The notes under the pieces: model-generated
The model's input: only the letters and a program-made list of their open reading frames with translations
Databases searched by the model: none
Told to the model about the DNA's origin: nothing
Part shown: piece by piece, positions 9,328 to 18,983 of the stretch
Position numbering within the stretch: the first letter of the stretch is position 1
Layout: every line of letters begins with the position of its first letter
Position numbers and translations under genes: made by a program
IMG/VR virus record: IMGVR_UViG_3300029989_000005
Source: a virus
Strand: one strand, 5' to 3'
Length of the DNA: 64,000 bases

Positions 9328-9534
9328 AAAAATGGCAAGTTACATGTATTGCCTACCACCTTAAAGAACCTCTGAGTTACTTTTTATTGTTCACAAAGAG
9401 GTAGTGTATTTTAAATCCGGATATCTTATCTTGATTCTGCTAACCACTCACAGCTTCTGTGGCTGTTATACTACCATAATCCCATATGCTCAAAAAAGAG
9501 CAGCCGCTTAATGTTTCAGAGTGTTTGGCGGGTC

Positions 9535-9894
9535 TTAGGTAATTATGGCAGACATAAAAGGTAGTATAGGCGGTAAACTAATTTTATCGTACTTTTCAAT
9601 TATCCAATTTATATTTCCACTTCCATAATCTTTATTTGTACAAGTGTAGACATAACCATGGTTTATTGCGTTCTGTGTATCAATGTTTTTAATTAATTGC
9701 TTTTCAACACAATAATTTAGGACAACATTTACCTGTGTGGTGATTGTAAAATTTACAACTTGGTCAACTACCACAGTAGATTGGACCGTTACAATTTGCT
9801 TTTCAGTTGGCGGAGAACCTTTCGGTGCAGCAATGGCGGCTGAAAGAGCAAAACTAAAAACAAGCATCAGTAGAATACCAAAGAGCTTTTTCAT
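9535..9894 (-). CDS. secreted/periplasmic hypothetical protein
   Basis: Signal peptide MKKLFGILLMLVFSFALSA. Confidence 0.65.
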   Translation of the reverse strand: MKKLFGILLMLVFSFALSAAIAAPKGSPPTEKQIVTVQSTVVVDQVVNFTITTQVNVVLNYCVEKQLIKNIDTQNAINHGYVYTCTNKDYGSGNINWIIEKYDKISLPPILPFMSAIIT

Positions 9895-9958
9895 GTTTTT
9901 TTTTCTTTTTAATTAAACAATAGTTTGATTTTCACACGTTAAACTTAACGGTGTTTAC

Positions 9959-10342
9959 TTATTTACTTGTGGGTTTAACACTTTTTATAAAGTAATTGGT
10001 TTCTCCCCTATTCTTAAACAGATTTAAATATTTAACCTGTTGATATTGTATAATAATTGGTGTACCTTTGGAAATATAAGATTCAATGGAATCAATAGGT
10101 GTTTCACATTTAATTGTATTACTGTTATCAATTGATGCATGAAATGTTTCATAATTTCCAATTACCTGATTACTTTGGGCAATATTGGGTGAAATTTTAA
10201 TTTCAATTTCAAACGATTTGTAAACAGCACCCTTTTCTGATAATTTAGTAATTACCCCTACACGTTCGCCACTTGAATAGTTTTGGCATGATGTCAGAGC
10301 CATGGAAAAAGCTAAAACTAGTAAAATTAAGAAATTTCTCAT
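9959..10342 (-). CDS. putative lipoprotein
   Basis: Lipobox LTSC after hydrophobic leader; YSSGERVGVITKLSEKG motif. Confidence 0.7.
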   Translation of the reverse strand: MRNFLILLVLAFSMALTSCQNYSSGERVGVITKLSEKGAVYKSFEIEIKISPNIAQSNQVIGNYETFHASIDNSNTIKCETPIDSIESYISKGTPIIIQYQQVKYLNLFKNRGETNYFIKSVKPTSK

Positions 10343-10398
10343 AATGATTGTTTTTAATTGTTTGTTTTCTATTTTATGTTTAATAAGTTATAATAGTG

Positions 10399-10851
10399 TC
10401 AATTCAACTTTCTGTATAGTTCCATTATTTTATTTTCATATGATTTACTTGCTGTTGGATTGTGTAATTTTATAGCCATATGAAAGTCACGATTTGGATT
10501 TTTATGATTTTGGAATATTTCAAACATCTCAATTGATTTTTCTCTATCATATCTATCTGAAACTGTATAAACTTGATTTGAGTGCTTTGATTTTAGAATT
10601 TTATTTACCTCTTTAACATATATTGGGGTAATTTGAAGGCATCCAATACAATTTCCTACATTTTTAGCATCATCATCATTGTTGGACTCAATAAAAATTA
10701 TAGACCAAATCAATTTTTCCCAATTTATTAGCTTTAATGATTTGGTTATAACAGGCTTTGTGATTATTTTTTTAGGGGTATTATTGAATAAAATTAATTG
10801 TAATATTAGTAATACAAAAATTATGGAAATTACCTTGTAAGTTAACTTCAT
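10399..10851 (-). CDS. lysozyme-like / lytic transglycosylase with N-terminal membrane anchor
   Basis: IIFIES (catalytic Glu) followed by GCLQITP. Confidence 0.7.
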   Translation of the reverse strand: MKLTYKVISIIFVLLILQLILFNNTPKKIITKPVITKSLKLINWEKLIWSIIFIESNNDDDAKNVGNCIGCLQITPIYVKEVNKILKSKHSNQVYTVSDRYDREKSIEMFEIFQNHKNPNRDFHMAIKLHNPTASKSYENKIMELYRKLN

Positions 10852-10931
10852 TTTAATAGATTTAGTTAATACTAGTACCGAACTTTATCGGATTTTATAT
10901 TTTATATCTTTGTTAACATAATATTATCAAA

Positions 10932-11399
10932 TTATTTTTCTAAAGTTAAATCAAAATGTACTATATCATCCTCTAAAATAAATCGTGGGTTTGGATGATT
11001 TCCTTCTTGTACAAATTCAATCATGGATGAATTAGCTATATCTACAAGATAGGCTTTGTTGCCTGTTTCCAAATACAATTTAGCACGTTTAATAATCTCA
11101 CCTATGTAATCATAATATTTTTTTTCGGCTTGTTGTTCTTTAGTATGTGCTAATTTTCCATATCTATAAGCACCCATAATCAAGTGTGAACGCATTAAAG
11201 ATTCAAATTCGGGTGACCATTCAGAAACTTTAAATTCTTCTTCCTGTTTCAGCCATGATTCATATTTCAGTCTATCAGATTCAGCTTTTTTCCATTCATG
11301 AACTTCCTTTGCAATTTCTGAAAAATCAATTTCATTTTCAGGCAATTCACATTTCCACAACCATAAATTATTTGCAAAAGGTTTAATAGGTAAATCCAT
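10932..11399 (-). CDS. putative all-alpha nucleotide pyrophosphohydrolase (dATP/dGTP diphosphohydrolase / MazG-like)
   Basis: GAYRYG and YLVDIANSSMIEF helix motifs; directly downstream of dut; start moved to ATG 11399 to avoid overlap. Confidence 0.45.
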   Translation of the reverse strand: MDLPIKPFANNLWLWKCELPENEIDFSEIAKEVHEWKKAESDRLKYESWLKQEEEFKVSEWSPEFESLMRSHLIMGAYRYGKLAHTKEQQAEKKYYDYIGEIIKRAKLYLETGNKAYLVDIANSSMIEFVQEGNHPNPRFILEDDIVHFDLTLEK

Positions 11400-11400
11400 A

Positions 11401-11835
11401 TTATTTTTTGCCTGTATGACCAAATCCACCATCACCACGGACAGTTTCACTTAATATTTCTACCTCTTCCCATTCGGCTTGTTTATATATGGTTACAACC
11501 ATTTGACATATACGTTCTCCATGTTCAACTACAAAGTCTTGATTTGATAAATTAACCAAAATTACACAAACCTCACCACGATAATCGGCATCAATAGTTC
11601 CAGGACTGTTAAGTACCGTAATTCCATGTTTGATTGCCAAGCCGCTTCTTGGTCGTATTTGAGCCTCATATCCCTCAGGTAATTCAATAAATAAACCTGT
11701 TGGTATAAGTTTTCTGTCAAGAGGCTTGAGTAATATAGGGCTTTCTAAATTTGCACGTAAGTCCATGCCCGCAGATAAAATAGTGGCGTATCTAGGTAAT
11801 GAGTTTGTAGATTTGTTGACAATTTTAATATTCAT
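11401..11835 (-). CDS. dut: dUTP diphosphatase (trimeric)
   Basis: All five motifs: [37 protein letters not shown]. Confidence 0.97.
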   Translation of the reverse strand: MNIKIVNKSTNSLPRYATILSAGMDLRANLESPILLKPLDRKLIPTGLFIELPEGYEAQIRPRSGLAIKHGITVLNSPGTIDADYRGEVCVILVNLSNQDFVVEHGERICQMVVTIYKQAEWEEVEILSETVRGDGGFGHTGKK

Positions 11836-11869
11836 AATAATTTTATAATTAATTTAACATTTTTAACTT

Positions 11870-11993
11870 AAATTAATAAGTATTGTCGTGATCAAAACGT
11901 CTTTTAATCAATGCTTTTTGGAATCGAACCAAACCCGCTGAATCTAAGTGCTACCGAATGTACAGCATCTTTTACAACAATACCTATTAATTT
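11870..11993 (-). ncRNA. tRNA-like structured RNA candidate
   Basis: 20-bp closing stem (11870-11889/11974-11993, two G-U on minus strand) enclosing a T-arm TTTGG-TTCGATT-CCAAA and an 8-bp GACG hairpin. Confidence 0.5.
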
Positions 11994-12001
11994 GTTTTAT
12001 T

Positions 12002-12898
12002 TTATATTTCGGGTTGTAAATATTCATCCATCAAGAATTGACCACAAGAAGCACCAACGTCAAGTCCTGGCGGTTTATAATATTCAGAACTTATACCAAT
12101 TTGGTTAAGGTATTCTTGGAACATTTCAAATTTTGCTATCTCTGATGGATGCATTCCCAAAGATGTTTTTTCGTTATAGAACAAAAATTTAACATTAAAG
12201 TCCTTACCTTTAAGCAGATTACACAATATTACAGCATCTTCTACTGAGTCATTTATGCCATCAATTAAAGCATAATGTATTTCAACTTTGTTAGAGGTAT
12301 ATACTCTATAAAATTCACCTGCAGCCAATGTAGATTCTATATTCATTGATTTCGGCATCCATTCTTTCCTAAGTTCGTTATTTGTATAATGCAAAGATAA
12401 GTGTAATTTTACATCAAGTTCATAAGATTTTATAAGCTTTGATAGTCTAAAAAATTCCATTGATGCATAATTTGGTAAAGATGTAGCAATAGCAAAACGA
12501 ACATATAATTTAGGATAATTATCCCTTATTCGTGACATGGACTGAATAACATTCTTAACGTTTAATATAGGCTCACCACACCCCATAAAGCTAACTAAAA
12601 GCGTCTTTGGGTTTTTATCCAACTTCAAATCATTATAAATATATTCAATACCCTCAACCAATTCATCTGCCGAAATTGGTGTAACATTGATTATTCCTAT
12701 ATATTCTTTGGTATGACAAAATTTACATCCAATGTTACACATTGTCTGACACGGAACACAAATAATATTTTTGCCATCTTTTTTGTTTATATAAGAAAAT
12801 TCTAATGTGGCAGAGGTGCTATTTCTTAAAAAAACATATTTTATAGTATCATCATCCTTTGAGAATACCATCTTCCTTAATTTCAGTTTTGTATTCAT
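12002..12898 (-). CDS. RlmN/Cfr-family radical SAM RNA methyltransferase
   Basis: ICVPCQTMCNIGCKFC, FMGCGEP, LSLH, C-terminal ASCGQ; both catalytic Cys equivalents present. Confidence 0.85.
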   Translation of the reverse strand: MNTKLKLRKMVFSKDDDTIKYVFLRNSTSATLEFSYINKKDGKNIICVPCQTMCNIGCKFCHTKEYIGIINVTPISADELVEGIEYIYNDLKLDKNPKTLLVSFMGCGEPILNVKNVIQSMSRIRDNYPKLYVRFAIATSLPNYASMEFFRLSKLIKSYELDVKLHLSLHYTNNELRKEWMPKSMNIESTLAAGEFYRVYTSNKVEIHYALIDGINDSVEDAVILCNLLKGKDFNVKFLFYNEKTSLGMHPSEIAKFEMFQEYLNQIGISSEYYKPPGLDVGASCGQFLMDEYLQPEI

Positions 12899-12901
12899 GT
12901 T

Positions 12902-13081
12902 TTAGTATTTTTTATATGGAATTGATTTCAACACATCTGATGAAAATTTTTTAAGTTTTGTTTTCCTTGGATTTTCCTTGGAAAATTTCTCTATGGCATC
13001 AATCATCATTGCTGCCTCTATAGCCTCAAGCATGATAAACACTTTATCTGTCTTGTTATTTGTTTCTTCAAAAACTTGCAT
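12902..13081 (-). CDS. small hypothetical protein (59 aa, not in ORF track)
   Basis: MQVFEETNNKTDKVFIMLEAIEAAMMIDAIEKFSKENPRK...; fills the gap between two genes. Confidence 0.6.
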   Translation of the reverse strand: MQVFEETNNKTDKVFIMLEAIEAAMMIDAIEKFSKENPRKTKLKKFSSDVLKSIPYKKY

Positions 13082-13094
13082 ATAATTTTACATT

Positions 13095-13490
13095 TTAAGT
13101 TATGGCATTAATCTGCTTAATAATGTTAACGCATGATTTATAAATTGCCTCCATTTTAGAATTTTCTTTGTATTCACAGCATATGTAACCACAAGTAGTT
13201 ATTTTACAATAGCATCCAATTATGTGAAACACATATCCCATTGATTCAATTTTTTCTACAACAGGCATTAACCAACTAAAATCATAATTCCATCTACCAA
13301 AATTAGCATAAGAATACTCATGATCAAACGGATATATAGTATTTATCGGACATCTAAACATATTAAAATGCATAGTTCCAATAGGATATCCACCTACAGT
13401 ATTGCTATCAATAGAGCCATCAGGGTTCTTATTACATGCAAATACGCATATCAATTTATTACCTTCTAAAATTTCTTCATTATTATCCAT
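13095..13490 (-). CDS. phage hypothetical protein
   Basis: 131-aa ORF; WLMPVVEKIE motif common in phage proteins. Confidence 0.65.
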   Translation of the reverse strand: MDNNEEILEGNKLICVFACNKNPDGSIDSNTVGGYPIGTMHFNMFRCPINTIYPFDHEYSYANFGRWNYDFSWLMPVVEKIESMGYVFHIIGCYCKITTCGYICCEYKENSKMEAIYKSCVNIIKQINAIT

Positions 13491-13496
13491 ACAATA

Positions 13497-14195
13497 TTAG
13501 TTTAATTCAATTGTTCCTCTTGGAAAGAAATGCATTAATGGTAATATCTGCTCCTTTGTGTATGTTGTAGCAAATTCACCGTTGAATAATTCAAAAGCTA
13601 TTTCTCTCATTCTCTCATAGGATTCTGCTTTTATTACACCAACACAATCCTTATCCAATATTATTGAGCCATGAGTATGGCTATGATGTTGACCGAAAGT
13701 TATATAAAATGGTTCTATTTTTGGGACACCATGTATTATTCCATCAATTATATCGTATTGCCTTACATCTTTCATCATTTCCTCGAAATTTTTATATTTT
13801 TTGCTCCATTTAACAGAGCCAAAAATAAGTTTTTCCAATTCACAACTTTCATCATCTATATTAAACCAAAAAGCAAATTCTCTGCTATCGTTATTATCTA
13901 AACATATATTAACAAGTGCTAAATCATACCCGTACATTTGTTTTATTATACCTATATTTTCAACAGGAATATCCTTATCAAGAGTACAGCCATTAACTTT
14001 AATGTTGGTATGATTTTTGTATGAATCACAAATTGTTGTACCACCACGAAAATAGATACCATACATTGCCAAATAGTCTGCTAGCAGTGTATATAAAGAA
14101 TAGTTTTTACCATCAGACTTATTAAGATTTGTAAGATGAAAATCTCTATTACTTAATAAAGATTCATCGAATACTTTAAATTCCCTTTTTGCCAT
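13497..14195 (-). CDS. hypothetical protein
   Basis: 232-aa ORF. Confidence 0.65.
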   Translation of the reverse strand: MAKREFKVFDESLLSNRDFHLTNLNKSDGKNYSLYTLLADYLAMYGIYFRGGTTICDSYKNHTNIKVNGCTLDKDIPVENIGIIKQMYGYDLALVNICLDNNDSREFAFWFNIDDESCELEKLIFGSVKWSKKYKNFEEMMKDVRQYDIIDGIIHGVPKIEPFYITFGQHHSHTHGSIILDKDCVGVIKAESYERMREIAFELFNGEFATTYTKEQILPLMHFFPRGTIELN

Positions 14196-14199
14196 AATA

Positions 14200-16074
14200 T
14201 TATATTTTTAATCTTTGTTGAATCATTATTACTGCTTTTTTATCATCTTGTGTTATTGGTCGTTTCCAAATGTTCTTATATTTCCACCAATCTATTGCCT
14301 CGTTTACTGATTGCTCCATCACTGATTCAGGCATTGTAGGGTGCTTCCTCAAAATCATACCCTTAAGCATTAATTTAAAATCGTTTTCTTTAATTTGTTC
14401 TGCAATTAAATGCTTCTTTATATTTCTGAGTATTGGAAGCATGCTTATGTAATTTTTTCTTTCAAGCCTTGAATTCAGATAATATTCTATATCATCAACG
14501 CATATCCTATCATAATTCAAATATACGCTTCTCTCTAGGCTTATTGCCCATGTTACCCTTATTTTTCTTTCCGATTCCTTATAATACCAAAATGATTGCC
14601 TATCAGGCATATACCTTATAACAGGCACTTTTATATCTTTTCTTTTTTTTAATTCGCTATCATAAACATCTGTTTTCATTTCTTCAATTGTGTATAACCC
14701 ATCTTGTGGAAATGCAGGGCAGCTCCATTTGTTAGCATAATATGGAACAAATCCTTCTTGTATTCTATTATAATTCTTATAATTATGATTTTCATTATCG
14801 TTATAAGAATTTCCGCCGTATGTTGGTGAAAGAATAATTCTACTTCCACGACCAACATTAAAATTTATTTCTTTTACCCAATTAGCATATGACAATCTAC
14901 CATCTGTAAGTGCACCTTCGGCATCGTATATAAGCCTCAACCCCCCGTTTTCTATATCTGTAACTTTAATACCCGATTGTATTGGTAAAAATATTTCGGT
15001 TCTATCAAGCAGCCCCTGAACAAACAAAAACATTTTCATATATTTGTCATTAAACATTTCCTGTTCGTGCTCAGAGGAATCATTCATTAATTTTTCTAGT
15101 TCCGCTTTCTTTGGAAACATTGTTTCTCCTATACCAATATTAGGAGAGCAAATTCGGTATATATTATCACCGTTCCTTATTAGGAAATATGTTTGATGAT
15201 TCCAAACATTAATCATTGCATTTTCCATTGCATTTGTGGTGTATTCTTTATCTTTTCGCCTTGGCTTTAATGCTACAATACCCCTTACCTCAGGAAGTAT
15301 GTCCTTGTATCTATTATTTTCAATGAGCCATTCATCAAATTTATCAAGTTGATTATAATCTATACCACCATCATCACAATTGCCAACTTCTTCATCCGCA
15401 AATATAACAAGTTGTCTAAGTGCCAATGGTTCATCCTTACCCGCAGGTTCACCACTAGTCAATTGATAAAGTTCTTCCTCAATTCCCATATAAAGTTCAA
15501 TCATTCCTATAACCTTCATGATCTTTTGCATTTCTTTTGCAAATATGGCTATTTGTGTCTCCATCTTTCGTTTTATTTTGTCTAAAGATGATTTTTGATG
15601 ATTTATTAGAAGCAATGACATATTTCTTAAAATTTCAAGTTGGCGTTGTTGAATTTCAATACCGTTATACATGGTTTCAAGAACTACTTTACTTGTTTTG
15701 TGTACAAGTCCGTATTCATTTTCCGTTTGCTCTTTCTTGATTTCAAAAGGTTTTCCGTTATATAAGTATTCTTGAGCTTTTCTCTTGTATTCCTCGAAAT
15801 CAGGAATATATCTGTGCGAGTATTCTTTTATAAACGTTGCTATATTTTTTGTTGTCCAATGATGTATTGGTTCAAGAGTATCAATATCAACCGTATATAT
15901 TTCGACATTTGTAGAACCATCTTTTTCAAATATATTGCTTATAGTTACTAATGTATCTCCTCCACTATCTATAAATAAGTCACCTATTTTGATATTATCT
16001 TTGGTTAATATCAGTTTGCTGTATTCCTCACTCTTTAAGATTTCCTTTGAATCATTTTTCTGTACAGAGTCCAT
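14200..16074 (-). CDS. large conserved phage hypothetical protein
   Basis: 624-aa ORF with coiled coil; IELYMG.EE and LRQLVIFADEE motifs. Confidence 0.75.
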   Translation of the reverse strand: MDSVQKNDSKEILKSEEYSKLILTKDNIKIGDLFIDSGGDTLVTISNIFEKDGSTNVEIYTVDIDTLEPIHHWTTKNIATFIKEYSHRYIPDFEEYKRKAQEYLYNGKPFEIKKEQTENEYGLVHKTSKVVLETMYNGIEIQQRQLEILRNMSLLLINHQKSSLDKIKRKMETQIAIFAKEMQKIMKVIGMIELYMGIEEELYQLTSGEPAGKDEPLALRQLVIFADEEVGNCDDGGIDYNQLDKFDEWLIENNRYKDILPEVRGIVALKPRRKDKEYTTNAMENAMINVWNHQTYFLIRNGDNIYRICSPNIGIGETMFPKKAELEKLMNDSSEHEQEMFNDKYMKMFLFVQGLLDRTEIFLPIQSGIKVTDIENGGLRLIYDAEGALTDGRLSYANWVKEINFNVGRGSRIILSPTYGGNSYNDNENHNYKNYNRIQEGFVPYYANKWSCPAFPQDGLYTIEEMKTDVYDSELKKRKDIKVPVIRYMPDRQSFWYYKESERKIRVTWAISLERSVYLNYDRICVDDIEYYLNSRLERKNYISMLPILRNIKKHLIAEQIKENDFKLMLKGMILRKHPTMPESVMEQSVNEAIDWWKYKNIWKRPITQDDKKAVIMIQQRLKI

Positions 16075-16085
16075 AATACTTATTT

Positions 16086-16421
16086 TTAAATTGCAACATT
16101 AAATTTTTTACGAAGATTCATTTTGGTTATCAAATCCTTTGCAATTATATTAAATTGATTAATATTATCTGTTAAAACAAAATCTGTTAAAACATTCATA
16201 CTGTACTTATCCTTATTGATTTTTAGTACTAATATTCCGTTTGCATCAAATTTTACCTCTTGAATGAAAGCCTGATAATGCCCTAATTTGTTTTGTAATT
16301 GTAAGTTACAAATTATTAGTTCCAATGCCTTTAAAGAGTTTTCAAAAGTATTGGAAACACTATGAAATTTTTCATTTATAGAACTATAAACTTCGATAGT
16401 GTAAATTGATGATTTTTTCAT
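16086..16421 (-). CDS. hypothetical protein
   Basis: 111-aa ORF with AAAATAGAAATT leader. Confidence 0.6.
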   Translation of the reverse strand: MKKSSIYTIEVYSSINEKFHSVSNTFENSLKALELIICNLQLQNKLGHYQAFIQEVKFDANGILVLKINKDKYSMNVLTDFVLTDNINQFNIIAKDLITKMNLRKKFNVAI

Positions 16422-16464
16422 AATTTCTATTTTTAGATCATTTTTAAATTATTATCAGCACTTT

Positions 16465-16929
16465 TTAATATTGAGGTTTATAATGTTCACAACGATTACA
16501 TTGTTTAGTATAGTGTCCATCTATATTAATGTATGGACAATTTAAATTGTTATAATGACAGGTGAAATGTTCTATTTGTTCTTTATCTGTGGGCATGAAA
16601 GATTTAAAATCTTGTAAAGTAATAGTTTTCTTTACTATACCCATAAGTTCACACGGCTTGTATTGATTTCCATTTTCCTCAACCATAATCAGCCATTCAT
16701 AACCATGAATAGTGCCATTATCATATTTGATATCCTTGATTGTCTGAATCCCAAATGGTGTTAGTATCCTTTGACCAACTTTATAAAGATAACGTTTCTT
16801 CATATCACAGAGATCATCCCAACTTATTAAATGAGTTTCAGGATTTTTACAAATAATTACAAGATTTTTACTTTCATTAACTGAAATATAAAAATCTCTA
16901 CCGAAAGTATTATCACTCATTTCTTTCAT
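16465..16929 (-). CDS. hypothetical protein
   Basis: 154-aa ORF with Cys-rich tail. Confidence 0.6.
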   Translation of the reverse strand: MKEMSDNTFGRDFYISVNESKNLVIICKNPETHLISWDDLCDMKKRYLYKVGQRILTPFGIQTIKDIKYDNGTIHGYEWLIMVEENGNQYKPCELMGIVKKTITLQDFKSFMPTDKEQIEHFTCHYNNLNCPYINIDGHYTKQCNRCEHYKPQY

Positions 16930-16952
16930 AGTTTATTTTGCATTAATATTAA

Positions 16953-17204
16953 TTATTCATCATATTCAGATTGTATTTTATCAGTAATTCTGTCATATTC
17001 TTCCTTTAAAATCAAATCATTATTAAGCAACCATTTATAAAAATTGATTCCATTAGGGTGCTGATTTAGTCCATCAATAATTTGAAATTCACTGAAATAC
17101 AACCTTTGTAAGATGAATTCCACAGCAATATTATTGTCAACTAATTTTATTTTTACTTCTGACATAATTTTATATCTTAATTTATGATCAAGCTCTGTAA
17201 TCAC
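16953..17204 (-). CDS. hypothetical protein
   Basis: 83-aa ORF. Confidence 0.55.
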   Translation of the reverse strand: MITELDHKLRYKIMSEVKIKLVDNNIAVEFILQRLYFSEFQIIDGLNQHPNGINFYKWLLNNDLILKEEYDRITDKIQSEYDE

Positions 17205-17901
17205 GATTTTCTTTTTGCATCCATTTTTGCATCCAAGAATTCATCCAACATTTAGGATTGCTTTTATTTTTATTATATTTCCACCTGTTATGAAGCATAC
17301 TTATCTGAGGTAAATTTACCTCAAAATCAGCTATTGCCCAAATATCGAAATAAATTGTGTCGAAAATTTCGTCTTTTAATGGCTTATATTCCAAAATATC
17401 GGCACAAATATAGGTTATTGGCATATCAGCATAAATTGGTGAAACAAGGTCTATTACATCTTGATATTTTTCTATAATAACAATCTCTGTTACTACACCG
17501 CTTTTAACCTTGTCTTTAATGTTTTGTAATATCAAACCAATACCAAGACCAGCTACCATAACTCTACCATTAGCATTATTACAAAAATCGGTATTTGTAA
17601 CCATTTCCATTTTTGTATCTGTCATCATAAGCTCACCGTCAACATTAAGTCTAATGTACTTACCATCATTCATATAGTTCAACCCACCATCTCTTATTGC
17701 TCTCAAGTTAAATAATGGGTTTTTCTTGTTTGAAAATTCAAAAGTTGATAACCTAGCCAAACCAAGCTTCTTTACCTCACCGACTTTCATATTAAAGTTA
17801 TCAAAAACTCCTTCCATATTTATTATTTGTTTTTCCATTATTCTCTTTGTTTTTCTATTTTTATAAAAACTGTTAATTCCATTAAATATAGTGAAAGGCA
17901 A
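17188..17901 (-). CDS. class I SAM-dependent methyltransferase (spermidine-synthase-like fold); true start may be 17838
   Basis: VMVAGLGIG, IIEKYQDVIDLV, ICADI, FDTIYFDIW. Confidence 0.75.
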   Translation of the reverse strand: MPFTIFNGINSFYKNRKTKRIMEKQIINMEGVFDNFNMKVGEVKKLGLARLSTFEFSNKKNPLFNLRAIRDGGLNYMNDGKYIRLNVDGELMMTDTKMEMVTNTDFCNNANGRVMVAGLGIGLILQNIKDKVKSGVVTEIVIIEKYQDVIDLVSPIYADMPITYICADILEYKPLKDEIFDTIYFDIWAIADFEVNLPQISMLHNRWKYNKNKSNPKCWMNSWMQKWMQKENRDYRA

Positions 17902-17902
17902 G

Positions 17903-17937
17903 AAAAATGCCTCTCCTGTATCAGGAGAGGCATTTTT
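17903..17937. terminator. bidirectional terminator hairpin
   Basis: aaaaatgcctctcctg/caggagaggcattttt. Confidence 0.75.
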
Positions 17938-17942
17938 AAAAT

Positions 17943-18971
17943 TTACATGTTTTCTCTTAATGCCTGTAATTTGGAAAGATTGCTTTCATCAAGACCGAAA
18001 ATTGTTCTATCGGGTGATGTAAGCTTGTTTTTCCTTTGTCTTTCATTATATTCGCTTGGGGTTTCCTTATCAATGCCAAGTATTTCTTCAACAGATGGTG
18101 GTTTTACCTCAAATTTTAATAGTCTTGTGGTATCTTCCAACAAATAATATTTTAATGCTATAAATCCTGCGGTTGAAATCTTTTTATCGGATTTGAGTGA
18201 GAAATAGCCTATTCTTTGAGCTTTATATTCCTCAGGCATTTCCTCAAAATTTTTATTTCTTTTATCAATTTCCTTTTGTGAAAGTTTACCAAGTGCTTTT
18301 TTAGCCACAAACACAACACTTGTAGCCTCAACCAATTTTTGTGATAGTGGTATTAAACCTACGATTTTTTTGTTAGTAATACAACAAACAGAGCCATCAT
18401 CAACAACTTTACACATATGGTTGAAGCTATAAGGATTGAATACCCTTGCTAAATGGTTAAGGAAATTAAGACCTTTTTCAGTCTTTTCAATTTCCTTAAT
18501 AAGATTAAAAGCCCTGTTGACATCATCTGGTTCAGGGTCACCAAATTCAGTTTTAAGTTTTGAGTAAATAACAGCCAATTTGGGTAAGTCCAAGTTTTTC
18601 TTCTTAATTTCAAGTTTTGGTCTTGATAACATTAATGCTGAACGCCTTGGTCTATATAGTTCTAATTTCATGGCATTATCCAAAGTTTTTATTGCTTCCT
18701 CTTTTTGTTCTTTGGAAAGTCCTGTTAAATTCAAAACCCTAACTGATTTTGAGGGTTTTTCAAACTTGGAAAGATCAATTGAACCTACAACCTTAATCTG
18801 TTTGTTGTTTGGATGTGATTCAATTTCTTCCTGTGTCATAGGAACAATTTTATACATGAAATTGTTAGGTTGTAATACAACAAAATCATTACATTCCTGA
18901 TTTGTACCATCGAAACAGTCTTGACCTTCTTCAACTGTATAAACTAAATCTAATACTTTATGAGTTTTCAT
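17943..18971 (-). CDS. hypothetical protein
   Basis: 342-aa ORF. Confidence 0.7.
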   Translation of the reverse strand: MKTHKVLDLVYTVEEGQDCFDGTNQECNDFVVLQPNNFMYKIVPMTQEEIESHPNNKQIKVVGSIDLSKFEKPSKSVRVLNLTGLSKEQKEEAIKTLDNAMKLELYRPRRSALMLSRPKLEIKKKNLDLPKLAVIYSKLKTEFGDPEPDDVNRAFNLIKEIEKTEKGLNFLNHLARVFNPYSFNHMCKVVDDGSVCCITNKKIVGLIPLSQKLVEATSVVFVAKKALGKLSQKEIDKRNKNFEEMPEEYKAQRIGYFSLKSDKKISTAGFIALKYYLLEDTTRLLKFEVKPPSVEEILGIDKETPSEYNERQRKNKLTSPDRTIFGLDESNLSKLQALRENM

Positions 18972-18983
18972 TTTTATATATTT

